A DNA stretch of 64,000 nt from a virus. Its lineage: Duplodnaviria > Heunggongvirae > Uroviricota > Caudoviricetes. The notes under the pieces were generated by a model that was not told the origin of the DNA, ran no database searches, and saw nothing but the letters and a program-made list of their open reading frames with translations. Of the stretch, positions 18,673 to 27,671 are shown piece after piece. Location of the stretch: the IMG/VR virus record IMGVR_UViG_3300046820_002180, positions 95,821 through 159,820 of that record, one strand, 5' to 3'. The first letter of the stretch is position 1. Each line of letters begins with the position of its first letter. A program made the translations under genes and the position numbers.

Positions 18673-19671
18673 TTATTTTTTATTTTTCCAAAATGAATAA
18701 ATTCCTTTATCTAACTCATAGAACGGCCAAACAAACCTTTCTCTTATAGGTTGTTGTTTTGCCCAATCCCACATCTTTGTTAGTCCCTCTTTTAAATCCG
18801 TTTTAAACTCAAAATCTAATAGGTCTATCGATTTTTGCCAAGTAGGTATTGAATGTTTAACTTCGTGTCTTTGTTCATAATATTGAACAGAACCACCACC
18901 AACAACTTCTCTTAATATTTCGTTAGCTTCATTGATTGAATATTCTTTGATACCACCAAGATTTATAATTTGTTTACTTGCTCTAATATCTTGAGACGCT
19001 TTCCATAATGGTCCAAGACTATCATCAATATAACTAAATGCTCTTGTTTGTGTACCATCACCAAAGATTGTCATCGGTTCACCAATCATATGTTGATACA
19101 TCCAAATACCCAATACGTTTCTATACTTGTCCCATATGTTTTGTTTAACTCCAAATACATTATGAGGACGAATGATACACCAATCTAATCCGTGTTGTTC
19201 ACCAGCAATTTGAATATCCATTTCACAACCATACTTAGCAACACCATATGGGTCAATAGGTTTAGGTACTTGAACCTCATCAAACATATTACCGTCTTGG
19301 TGACCATACACCGCTAACGTTGATGTAAACACTAAACGTTTAACATCGTGTTTGATACATTGTGTTATGATTCTCGATGTTGCAACTAAATTGTTTTGAT
19401 AGTTGTAAGTTCGAATGAATGGTGATAACCCTTCTGCTGCGTATGCTGCAAAGTGATAAACGTAATCAAACTTATGAACCTCGAAACAATTTTCAATTGG
19501 ATGTTCAACCAAATTCATTTGCCAAAACTCAACCTTTGGGTTTACATTTTCTTTGTAACCACCACTCAAATCATCCATACCGACTATGTGTACATCTGGA
19601 TGATTCTCAGCAATATAGTCTGCTAATCTTGACCCTAATAATCCTGCAACTCCTGTTATTAATATCTTCAT
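18673..19671 (-). CDS. NAD-dependent sugar-nucleotide epimerase/dehydratase (extended SDR)
   Basis: N-terminal ILITGVAGLLGSRLADYI Rossmann motif (GxxGxxG), catalytic YGVAKYGCE (YxxxK); 332 aa. Confidence 0.7.
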   Translation of the reverse strand: MKILITGVAGLLGSRLADYIAENHPDVHIVGMDDLSGGYKENVNPKVEFWQMNLVEHPIENCFEVHKFDYVYHFAAYAAEGLSPFIRTYNYQNNLVATSRIITQCIKHDVKRLVFTSTLAVYGHQDGNMFDEVQVPKPIDPYGVAKYGCEMDIQIAGEQHGLDWCIIRPHNVFGVKQNIWDKYRNVLGIWMYQHMIGEPMTIFGDGTQTRAFSYIDDSLGPLWKASQDIRASKQIINLGGIKEYSINEANEILREVVGGGSVQYYEQRHEVKHSIPTWQKSIDLLDFEFKTDLKEGLTKMWDWAKQQPIRERFVWPFYELDKGIYSFWKNKK

Positions 19672-19672
19672 T

Positions 19673-20293
19673 TTATAATGTTATGTAAAAGTTATTTTGT
19701 TTTTCTTGCCTTTCAATTTTTTTATGATGGATTATACAAAAATCTTCACTATCAGGTAACGAGGTAATTGTTTCGGCACCCATAATTCTTTCGTGAACAT
19801 TACCAAACCATTTTAAATTCTTCCTGAATATTCTACCCTGTTTATCGGGAAAGTTTATCCAACCCTTTTGGTTTACACTCCAACCCCACTTCCTTATGTG
19901 TTCATCAGTTATCCCATCAACTATGTTTATTCTTGATAGATAATATAAATCAACCTCAGGATTAGTTTCGAGTATCGGTTTAATGTTTAACATAAACATT
20001 TCACCAATCAACTCATCAGCATCCAATTGGAATATGTAATCACCTTTACAATAGTCAGATAATTTGTTCTTCCAATCTGCAAAGTTATTTCCAAAATCTA
20101 ATCCTCTCCAAGTCTGTACATTCGGTAATTTATTAAAATTTAACAAATATTCAAGTACTTCAGGAGAACCATTTTTCTCATCAAAAAGAATTACCACTTC
20201 ATCATTGATTCCTTTTTTCTCAATCAGGAAAGGTAACAATCTTTTGATTTCGTCTAATTCATTACAAACTGTAATTGCGTAACTTAATATCAT
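19673..20293 (-). CDS. Glycosyltransferase-like protein (GT2-like, DxD motif)
   Basis: LSYAITVCNELDEIKRLL N-terminus and QLDADELI DxD motif. Confidence 0.45.
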   Translation of the reverse strand: MILSYAITVCNELDEIKRLLPFLIEKKGINDEVVILFDEKNGSPEVLEYLLNFNKLPNVQTWRGLDFGNNFADWKNKLSDYCKGDYIFQLDADELIGEMFMLNIKPILETNPEVDLYYLSRINIVDGITDEHIRKWGWSVNQKGWINFPDKQGRIFRKNLKWFGNVHERIMGAETITSLPDSEDFCIIHHKKIERQEKQNNFYITL

Positions 20294-20296
20294 ATT

Positions 20297-20515
20297 TTAT
20301 GCTCTTTGATTAAATCCTCCGTTTATTCTTCTTGTTAGTTGATTCACAATGTCGTTATCAATTTCACGAGAAATTGTTTCAGAAAGTGCTCTCGATAATT
20401 CTGATACAATATCAGTATAATTGACACCATCATCCACTAATTCTGGTCTCCAATCTACACGTAACACTCTTGCCTTTTTAGGAATACCTCGAAAAAATTT
20501 AAATTCACTAACCAT
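20297..20515 (-). CDS. FKFF-motif small protein family member (start taken at internal Met MVSEFKFF)
   Basis: Listed ORF 20297..20557 carries an internal Met followed by SEFKFF, identical to the N-termini of six + strand small proteins; central motif NQLTRRINGGFNQ resembles their VTNRYIN.YNQF motif. Confidence 0.4.
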   Translation of the reverse strand: MVSEFKFFRGIPKKARVLRVDWRPELVDDGVNYTDIVSELSRALSETISREIDNDIVNQLTRRINGGFNQRA

Positions 20516-20771
20516 TTTGAATCTCCCTTGCAAATAATTTAAATGTTGAACCTTCATTACTTGTAAATGTTACATTACCATTGGGACTCGGTGATAAACG
20601 AATGGTACATTCATTAGGACCCGTGGCAAACACTGTAGGTTCATTATCACCAAATTGAAAACAAAACTCAACATTTTCAGGATAGTACGCCGCTCGACTT
20701 AATGTTAAAATTTGTGTCGGTTCTAAATCTGAAAATAAACTATTATTATCCCTTAAAAATTTAAACGACAT
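20508..20771 (-). CDS. Hypothetical protein
   Basis: 87-aa ORF in the minus-strand island; ATGA overlap with the upstream GT4 gene. Confidence 0.4.
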   Translation of the reverse strand: MSFKFLRDNNSLFSDLEPTQILTLSRAAYYPENVEFCFQFGDNEPTVFATGPNECTIRLSPSPNGNVTFTSNEGSTFKLFAREIQNG

Positions 20772-22018
20772 TACTTAATTTTTGTAAGTTTTGGTAAAAC
20801 CAAATTATGTTCTTTAGGTTGAACGGTATATGGTTTAATCAAATTCATAAACACATCTTTCATTTTTTCCATTGAGAACTTTTCTTTATTTTCTTCTCTT
20901 AGTGTTTCAGATTTTTCTTTGAATTTGTCATAATCATTTTTAACTAATCTTAACACTTCTGCGAACTCATTATAGTTTGCGGTAAACCATTTAGACCCTC
21001 TTAGTATAAAACTATCAGCAGCACTTTCGTGTACATCAGTTAATGAACCACCAATCATAATCGCTTTATCCATTGGTAAGAAATCTTTATGACCTGACCA
21101 GTTAGACGCTATGATTGGCTTTCCTGTCATTGAAAATTCTAATAGAGGTCTACCAAAACCTTCACCCTTTGTGATTGATACCATCGATTTAATCTTAGGA
21201 TGATTATACAATTCATTCATTTCTTGATTAGTTAATTCACCAAACAATAGATAAACGGATGGAGGATTATCATATCCTTTTGTTAACTCTTCAATCTTTC
21301 TTCTCATATTCTCACGTTCTTTAATTGAGAATGTTGCCGAAGAAGTCTTAAGTATAAGTGCAGGTTTATCTTCAATATCTTTGAATGATTCCATAAAACA
21401 TTTAATCATCATTCCCACATCCTTTCTATCTTGACCAAGTGAACCCTTTAACCAATGACCAACAAACAAGTACGCAAAATCTTCTTTGATATCCAAATCA
21501 ATACCATTATATTCATTATTGAATGTAGAAACATCAACACCTTCAAATAGAACTTCTATCGGTTTTTGTATCTTATGTTGTTTAATTAATTTTCCTGTGT
21601 TGTTTTCATTCTCATTGTATACAGTTGATAACAACACTTCTTTTGAGAACTTTGATGTCGTTATAACTAAATCCATTCTATTACAACCATCAATCCACTC
21701 TTTAGGTGCAACTGTAGTTTCGATTCCTGCAGTTATACCAACATTAAACTTACCTCTCCTTTCAAATTCATTAGGTACAGTTACTTGAACATAAAAATCA
21801 GAGGTAACACCGGCAGGGTTAATTATGTTAGATTCAATCCACATATGAAACTGATTATCTTTTTCTAACGCAGTCATCGGAGTTGACCCCCACATACAAC
21901 TATCTATCTTAATCTCAAACAAATCCATTTCATATAATGCTTGCAACAAATCTCTTGAATGTGCACCATATCCACTTCTTGTTTTTACAGGTCCTCTAAA
22001 TAATAAAAATGGTTTCAT
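20771..22018 (-). CDS. Glycosyltransferase family 4 (group 1)
   Basis: C-terminal ISITKGEGFGRPLLEFSMTGKPIIAS matches the GT4 E-x-F-G...E...G-x-P signature. Confidence 0.55.
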   Translation of the reverse strand: MKPFLLFRGPVKTRSGYGAHSRDLLQALYEMDLFEIKIDSCMWGSTPMTALEKDNQFHMWIESNIINPAGVTSDFYVQVTVPNEFERRGKFNVGITAGIETTVAPKEWIDGCNRMDLVITTSKFSKEVLLSTVYNENENNTGKLIKQHKIQKPIEVLFEGVDVSTFNNEYNGIDLDIKEDFAYLFVGHWLKGSLGQDRKDVGMMIKCFMESFKDIEDKPALILKTSSATFSIKERENMRRKIEELTKGYDNPPSVYLLFGELTNQEMNELYNHPKIKSMVSITKGEGFGRPLLEFSMTGKPIIASNWSGHKDFLPMDKAIMIGGSLTDVHESAADSFILRGSKWFTANYNEFAEVLRLVKNDYDKFKEKSETLREENKEKFSMEKMKDVFMNLIKPYTVQPKEHNLVLPKLTKIK

Positions 22019-22019
22019 A

Positions 22020-23375
22020 TTATACTATCTTATATAAGTCAAATCTTTTTCTTGGTTTATAGTTTTCAAAAACTCTTTCAATACCTTCAATCAATGAGTT
22101 ATTCATAATGTCTGAAGATAAATTCTCAATCATAAATTCTCTACCTAACAAACCTCTTCTTTTTCTCTCTTCCTTACCCCAAGAATAAACTGTGGCAATT
22201 TTATTTGCGACCTCATCATCATTAACTCTATCGTCAAAGATGTAAGGTGTGGGCACTGAACCATTTAAGTTAATTGCTGCCGGCCAAATAGGAAGAACCC
22301 ATTCACCGTGTAATGTTGAACCGTGCGTCTTCTTATCGTGTAGAGTACCAAATGTAATGTAGTCATCGGCACTATAATTAAATCCACATTGGTCTTGTAA
22401 ACCACCAGTCACATTTACAATGATTGGTGTACCTGCCATTAATGATTCTGCAGTTGTTAAACCAAACCCTTCGTTGTTTGCTATGTTAATGGTACAATCA
22501 ACAAGATTGTAAATTTCATTTAACTTATCTTGTTCTAATTTTAAACCTGTGAACTTAACATCATAAGGACACAACGCATCAATCACAGCAGGTAAATCAG
22601 TTCCGTTCTCATCAACAGCAGCTGTGTGCATTAATAATAAACATTTGTCCGATTGTTCTTTTGGTAATTTATCACAGAATAATTTATAAGAGTAGATTAC
22701 ATCCGATGGTTGTTTTCTTCTTATGTTTCTGTTGTTATAGAATAACACAAAATCATATTCCTTGTCACCAAACATTAGTTTTTTAATATCATCACTAACA
22801 TCATCTAAAGGTTTGAATACTTTTGGATTGATTCCGTGAGGTACATAACTAATTTGCCAATCTTCCAATGGTTTATGTGTAACCTCATCAATCATTTTAC
22901 CAACTCGATGAACAATACCATAAGTTTGTTTAGATATACAACCAACCCAATCACAACTCTCGTAGTAATCTCTGTTGTACTTTGGGTCAGGTAAATCATC
23001 CCAAATGTGATAATACAATATCGGAACTTGTTGTCTTATCTCGTGTTCATTATCATATAACCATTGCCAATAATGTGGGTCAGTAAAATGTAAGATTGCG
23101 TCTGGTTTTTCAATTGCTAATAATGTTCTTAAAATATTAATATCACCATAACCGTGGCTAGGATATATTTTAAGATTTGCATCTTCAATACCTGTTCTAT
23201 CTCTCACATCTTGATTTACATCCACCACTTTACCAAACTCAGGATGTTGAATTGCAGCACCCAACTGTACCCAATCGTACTTGTGAATTGTCCCCAACAC
23301 AAGTTCCCTTGACATAGTAGATATACCTGATGTCATTCTCAAATCATCAGATAATAATAATATCTTTTTTTTCAT
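22020..23375 (-). CDS. Glycosyltransferase family 4 (group 1)
   Basis: NIANNEGFGLTTAESLMAGTPIIVNVTGG matches the GT4 signature. Confidence 0.5.
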   Translation of the reverse strand: MKKKILLLSDDLRMTSGISTMSRELVLGTIHKYDWVQLGAAIQHPEFGKVVDVNQDVRDRTGIEDANLKIYPSHGYGDINILRTLLAIEKPDAILHFTDPHYWQWLYDNEHEIRQQVPILYYHIWDDLPDPKYNRDYYESCDWVGCISKQTYGIVHRVGKMIDEVTHKPLEDWQISYVPHGINPKVFKPLDDVSDDIKKLMFGDKEYDFVLFYNNRNIRRKQPSDVIYSYKLFCDKLPKEQSDKCLLLMHTAAVDENGTDLPAVIDALCPYDVKFTGLKLEQDKLNEIYNLVDCTINIANNEGFGLTTAESLMAGTPIIVNVTGGLQDQCGFNYSADDYITFGTLHDKKTHGSTLHGEWVLPIWPAAINLNGSVPTPYIFDDRVNDDEVANKIATVYSWGKEERKRRGLLGREFMIENLSSDIMNNSLIEGIERVFENYKPRKRFDLYKIV

Positions 23376-23378
23376 TAA

Positions 23379-23576
23379 TTAAAACTTTGAACCGCTAGAT
23401 GCTAACCCATTATGATTGTCAATCTTGTCTTTGAAATCTTCACTTTTAGTATATAAATCTAAAGACCTGTTTACGAGTTTTTGTAGGTTGATTGAACCAT
23501 CAATCGATTTAATTTTGAATTTTTTATAAACATCATCTAAAATGTTTACACTAGTTAATTTAACTTCAGCTTTCAT
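23379..23576 (-). CDS. Hypothetical small protein
   Basis: 65-aa ORF at the upstream end of the glycosyltransferase run. Confidence 0.35.
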   Translation of the reverse strand: MKAEVKLTSVNILDDVYKKFKIKSIDGSINLQKLVNRSLDLYTKSEDFKDKIDNHNGLASSGSKF

Positions 23577-23612
23577 ATTTGTATATAAATTTTTATATAT
23601 TATATAGATAAA

Positions 23613-23636
23613 AAATATCGGACAGAAGTCCGATAT
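23613..23636 (-). terminator. Rho-independent terminator hairpin (minus strand)
   Basis: AATATCGGAC agaa GTCCGATATT perfect 10-bp stem, followed on the minus strand by a T-rich run; lies just after the 23645..23833 (-) ORF. Confidence 0.5.
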
Positions 23637-23644
23637 TGTTAACT

Positions 23645-23833
23645 TTATTGAGGTTCTTCTGATGAATTAATCTCTCTTAACTTATTAGCAATTTCATTGA
23701 TAAGAGTACTTTGTTCTTCAGTGACAGGACCTAATTCGGTAGATGTAGTTTCTTCCGAAAAGTTTATTTGTACTTCAACCGGTAGAGGTGTGTTTTGTGG
23801 TTGAACATTTCTTTTTTTACATCCGCATCCCAT
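23645..23833 (-). CDS. Hypothetical small acidic protein
   Basis: 62-aa ORF with N-terminal MGCGCKK. Confidence 0.35.
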   Translation of the reverse strand: MGCGCKKRNVQPQNTPLPVEVQINFSEETTSTELGPVTEEQSTLINEIANKLREINSSEEPQ

Positions 23834-23848
23834 ATTGTTTTCTTTTTA

Positions 23849-23856
23849 TATAAATA
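23849..23856 (+). promoter_or_regulatory. TATAAATA box (T4-type late promoter-like) upstream of the 23930 gene
   Basis: Exact octamer in an AT-rich divergent intergenic region. Confidence 0.2.
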
Positions 23857-23929
23857 TTTTGGTTTATTGTTTTTTATTCACTATATTTTAATAAAATCTA
23901 ACAAAGATTTATTTAAAAATCAAGTGAAT

Positions 23930-24622
23930 ATGAAAATAGGTGTAACAGGGTGTTCACATAGTTCAAGAAATTACGGAGGAGAACCTTGGTGGTTTCATAT
24001 GGGTGAAACTCTAAATGCGGAAATTATTGATTCCTCATCGAGAGGAGGGTCAAATGAAGTTAATATTGAGAAAGTAAAATACATTATTGAAAACAATCCC
24101 GACTTAGATTTATTCGTTTTTCAATTAACTCACCCCGCTAGAACTATGATGGGAGCTTCGATGATTAAATCCGATGAAAGGGGATTACATTCACCATCAA
24201 ACGTGAACGGTGTTAAGTATTTTAACTTCACCACAATGAGGAATGAAAAGGCGTTTGAAACTGAATTTAGTAAATGGTACGATACTAATAAAGTTTTAGA
24301 TTTTATCTATCAACAATCCATAATTTCAAAATATAATCTCGAAATTAAGATTCTACATACAATATTGTTAGTACATCACATTTGTGAATCATATGGTAAA
24401 AAAGTGATATTCTTTAGTTGGTACGAGGACATCCATCAATTGGCTGAAAAATCAGGTTATTTGGAATTGATAAAAAAAATACGTATACTTTATGGTACAG
24501 TTGATGACTTCACAAAAAACAATAATGTACCACCAATAGCGAAGGACTCACATTTTGGAAATGAATCACAAAAAATAATATTCGATAATTTCATATACCC
24601 ACAACTTAAAAACTTAATTTAA
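23930..24622 (+). CDS. SGNH-family hydrolase-like protein (paralog 3); start taken at internal Met
   Basis: MKIGVTGCSHSS block I variant, SSRGGSNEVN, C-terminal KDSHFGNESQKIIFDNF block V-like; the listed ORF start at 23795 overlaps the divergent minus-strand gene. Confidence 0.4.
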   Translation: MKIGVTGCSHSSRNYGGEPWWFHMGETLNAEIIDSSSRGGSNEVNIEKVKYIIENNPDLDLFVFQLTHPARTMMGASMIKSDERGLHSPSNVNGVKYFNFTTMRNEKAFETEFSKWYDTNKVLDFIYQQSIISKYNLEIKILHTILLVHHICESYGKKVIFFSWYEDIHQLAEKSGYLELIKKIRILYGTVDDFTKNNNVPPIAKDSHFGNESQKIIFDNFIYPQLKNLI

Positions 24623-24623
24623 A

Positions 24624-25325
24624 ATGGAAAAAGACTTTAAACCAGTCAAAAGTGTTTACACATCTAACTTTGAGGCGATTAGAAACATTATGGATTTGTA
24701 CAAAATCGAAAGATTCGATTTGGATTGTACCTATTCGAAAGGTAATTTTTGGAAAGACTTACCAGGCCCAACATACAAAAGTGATTTATTCCCTGTAAAT
24801 GAGTCAGTTGTAGAGGCCGACTCTGAGAACTTACCATTTGAGAACAACTCAATGAAGAGTATTATGTACGACCCGCCATTCGTGGTTGCGGGAGCATCGT
24901 ATAAAGGTAATAAGGAAGGTAGCTCCATTATTGCGAAGAGATTTGAGGGTTACACAACATATAATGACTTGAAAGTCAATTACTTCAACACTTTAAAGGA
25001 ATTGTATAGAATTTGTGATAAAGGTGGATATGTGGTAATGAAATGTCAGGACACTGTATCAGGTGGTAAGAACCACTTCACCCATTGTTTAATTATGAAT
25101 ATGGCTTTACAGATTGGATTTTACCCGAGAGATATGTTTGTACTTACTTCCAATGTGAGAATCAATAGTTTTGGTACTAAATGGACTAAACAAGAACACG
25201 CCAGAAAATATCATAGTTACTTTTGGGTATTTGAAAAGGTAAAACCAAAAGTTAAGTACGATTTTATAAATGCGGTTGATAGTTTTATTGAACAGGATTC
25301 TGTGGAGTCCCAAGATACATTTTAA
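24624..25325 (+). CDS. Putative DNA N6-adenine/N4-cytosine methyltransferase (DPPF motif)
   Basis: SIMYDPPFVVAGASYK matches catalytic motif IV (D/N/S)PP(Y/F) of amino-methyltransferases. Confidence 0.4.
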   Translation: MEKDFKPVKSVYTSNFEAIRNIMDLYKIERFDLDCTYSKGNFWKDLPGPTYKSDLFPVNESVVEADSENLPFENNSMKSIMYDPPFVVAGASYKGNKEGSSIIAKRFEGYTTYNDLKVNYFNTLKELYRICDKGGYVVMKCQDTVSGGKNHFTHCLIMNMALQIGFYPRDMFVLTSNVRINSFGTKWTKQEHARKYHSYFWVFEKVKPKVKYDFINAVDSFIEQDSVESQDTF

Positions 25326-25644
25326 CTTTATCACCAATTTTGAAATTGGAACAGGTTCCTGATGGGAATTCGATTACGTGGTCACCGATACCCCTGTATC
25401 TTTTATCACAATCGTCCTCACAAGGTTGACAATCACGATGTATGTTACTTATTCTGTTTTTATTAACAAAAACAATATCAAGTGGTATTAGACACTTCTT
25501 CATCCAAAATGAATGTGTCCCCATACCCATTTTAAACACCATACACCCGTTTAGGGACTCTCTACCCATCATACCTCTTTGTAGTTCGTCTGGTTGGGAT
25601 AGATACTCTGCAGGAAATGTTTGGTTGTTAATTAAGACTGACAT
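25285..25644 (-). CDS. DUF192 (COG1430)-like protein
   Basis: RGMMGRESL...GMGTHSFWMKKCLIPLDIVFVNKN...IGDHVIEFPSGT...IGDKV pattern typical of DUF192. Confidence 0.45.
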   Translation of the reverse strand: MSVLINNQTFPAEYLSQPDELQRGMMGRESLNGCMVFKMGMGTHSFWMKKCLIPLDIVFVNKNRISNIHRDCQPCEDDCDKRYRGIGDHVIEFPSGTCSNFKIGDKVKMYLGTPQNPVQ

Positions 25645-25691
25645 ACCTATAATTATTTGGTTTTCTCAAAATAAATTCGTAATATTAAATT

Positions 25692-25910
25692 ATGGCAAGT
25701 ATTTTTAATAATTTTTTGGAATATAGGACATCCCAAGAGTTGGATACCTATTTGGTTGATAAGTTGGATAAGGAGACTGCACTCAAAATTATAGAACTCT
25801 CAATTGAGACTTTACAGGGTCAGGGTGCCTATACTTTGGCCGAGTCACACACATTGTACAAATGTTTAAATAAATTAAAAGAAGAAACTAAAAACGTAGA
25901 TAATGATTGA
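25692..25910 (+). CDS. Hypothetical small protein
   Basis: 72-aa ORF. Confidence 0.35.
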   Translation: MASIFNNFLEYRTSQELDTYLVDKLDKETALKIIELSIETLQGQGAYTLAESHTLYKCLNKLKEETKNVDND

Positions 25911-26196
25911 TTTAACGGCAGAAATGGAAAATTACAACAAGGTAAAAGACATTGTACTTGCGAAACTTGTTGACGAAGGTTTATTGGACCAAGATGATGC
26001 AGATGAATTTTCTGACAGATGTCAAGTTCTTGCATATAAAGGTAAATGGTTTAGTAAATGGTTTGATAAGAATATGAAGACCGAAACTAACAGCTCTGAT
26101 ACCTATTATATCCGTATGATTGAAATGAGAGAGAAGGAAGATGAGGTGGACCGATTATTAAGAAGAACAACAGGAAATTACGGTGATGATGATTAA
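25903..26196 (+). CDS. Hypothetical small acidic protein
   Basis: 97-aa ORF; start overlaps upstream stop. Confidence 0.4.
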   Translation: MIDLTAEMENYNKVKDIVLAKLVDEGLLDQDDADEFSDRCQVLAYKGKWFSKWFDKNMKTETNSSDTYYIRMIEMREKEDEVDRLLRRTTGNYGDDD

Positions 26197-26485
26197 AAAT
26201 TATCTTCTAATCTTATTTTTTCAAATTATGTTTAATATCTTCAAAGTTATGGAGATTAAGTACACATATGAAAACAAGATTAGAAGTTTATTACTTAATA
26301 GTGTTTGGACAAGTTTAGTGTCGTTAGGTGCAACATATTATTCCTTGGACAGTTTATTCAAAGGAGATTATCTCGGAGTAGTATTTTACATCATTGGGAG
26401 TATCATAGGTAAATGGTTTGCAATGGTACACTACGAAAAAACAAAAGAAAAACTAAAACCACTTTTCAAAAAGAAAGATGATTAA
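26183..26485 (+). CDS. Hypothetical membrane protein
   Basis: 100-aa ORF with two hydrophobic segments. Confidence 0.4.
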   Translation: MMMIKNYLLILFFQIMFNIFKVMEIKYTYENKIRSLLLNSVWTSLVSLGATYYSLDSLFKGDYLGVVFYIIGSIIGKWFAMVHYEKTKEKLKPLFKKKDD

Positions 26486-26684
26486 AGAACCAAAATACCT
26501 AACTGATTTTTTTATATATAAAAAGAAACATCATTGGTTTATGATACCAACAATTGTTTTCTTTTACAATAAAGAAACTTTTTTTGAGACCGGTATATCG
26601 ATGCCAGCGTGTGGTTTATCGTTTAGATGGTTAACATTTTTTATGGGTGTACAAATACAAAAAAATGCATACTACAAAAAATAA
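26478..26684 (+). CDS. Hypothetical small protein
   Basis: 68-aa ORF. Confidence 0.3.
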   Translation: MIKEPKYLTDFFIYKKKHHWFMIPTIVFFYNKETFFETGISMPACGLSFRWLTFFMGVQIQKNAYYKK

Positions 26685-27309
26685 GTTGTGGTGTTTTGGT
26701 GATAGCTATACACAAAGATATAACCCAAACGTCGATTGGTGTAAAAGTTACATCGATTATAAAGGTTATTTACCAAAAGTTTATTGTGATTTTTTAGGTG
26801 AAAAATTGGGGATTGAAAGTGAGAACTTAGGAGTTGGGGGATATGATAATTATTCTATTTTCGGAACCTTGTGTAATAACGTACATAGAATTAAAGAAAA
26901 TGATATTGTAATTATTGGTTGGTCGAGTGTGATTAGATTTAGACTTGCAGCTAAAGATGGTGATTGGGTGAAATTTGTACCTGGCACCGTAACGGATTAT
27001 CACATCACTCATCACACCGATATGTCAAGAAACACGATTGAGGAAATTTTTGTTAATAGAGACAATCCAATCTATTATAGAGAAGTCAATAATTGGATTC
27101 ATTTTATTAATCATACAATGAAGAAAAATAAAATAATTCATTGGACACCATTTGATGATAATGTTGATTTAAATGTACATAAGTTGTTAAAACTCGAGAC
27201 AATAAAAATGGATAGTAATAATATTGTTAATGATAATCACTATGGTGAGAATGCACATAAAACTCTTACCAATATATTTTTTGAATTACTAAAAGATAAA
27301 TTAATATGA
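26647..27309 (+). CDS. SGNH/GDSL-family hydrolase (paralog 4)
   Basis: KLWCFGDSYTQ block I, NLGVGGYDNYSIF block II, NDNHYGENAHKTLTNIF block V. Confidence 0.5.
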   Translation: MYKYKKMHTTKNKLWCFGDSYTQRYNPNVDWCKSYIDYKGYLPKVYCDFLGEKLGIESENLGVGGYDNYSIFGTLCNNVHRIKENDIVIIGWSSVIRFRLAAKDGDWVKFVPGTVTDYHITHHTDMSRNTIEEIFVNRDNPIYYREVNNWIHFINHTMKKNKIIHWTPFDDNVDLNVHKLLKLETIKMDSNNIVNDNHYGENAHKTLTNIFFELLKDKLI

Positions 27310-27671
27310 AAAATATAGCAATCAGACTTTCTATTGCAATAGTTGTAATAATGACTTTACTAATTATTACACTGAATAAACCGGACAATACACCTATAAA
27401 ATCTGATTCGGTTTGTAATGAAGATTCATTACGAAATGAAGTAATTAATTTACAAGGACAATTAGAACAACTAGAGGATGGTTTTGATAAAAAAGAGAGG
27501 AGATATGAAGACGTACTTTTTGAATACGAATATGGTTTAGATAGGATAAAAGAAACCCATCCATCGGCATATAAAGAATTTCATAGAATTATATCACACA
27601 AAGAAAGATACACCAATCAAGATAAAATTGAAAACGAAAAAAGATTAAAGATTTATGAACACACTAGATAG
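27306..27671 (+). CDS. Membrane-anchored coiled-coil protein
   Basis: N-terminal hydrophobic segment IAIRLSIAIVVIMTLLIITL followed by charged helical region. Confidence 0.45.
   Translation: MKNIAIRLSIAIVVIMTLLIITLNKPDNTPIKSDSVCNEDSLRNEVINLQGQLEQLEDGFDKKERRYEDVLFEYEYGLDRIKETHPSAYKEFHRIISHKERYTNQDKIENEKRLKIYEHTR

Noticed and set aside
23795-23929. N-terminal 45 codons of the listed 23795..24622 ORF
   Set aside because: This part overlaps the divergent minus-strand gene 23645..23833 and the intergenic promoter-like region. The SGNH block I begins right after the internal Met at 23930, so that Met is taken as the start.
25442-25708. 88-aa + strand ORF overlapping the minus-strand DUF192 gene
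   Set aside because: The DUF192 frame on the minus strand has a recognisable family motif; the + strand ORF is hydrophobic low complexity.
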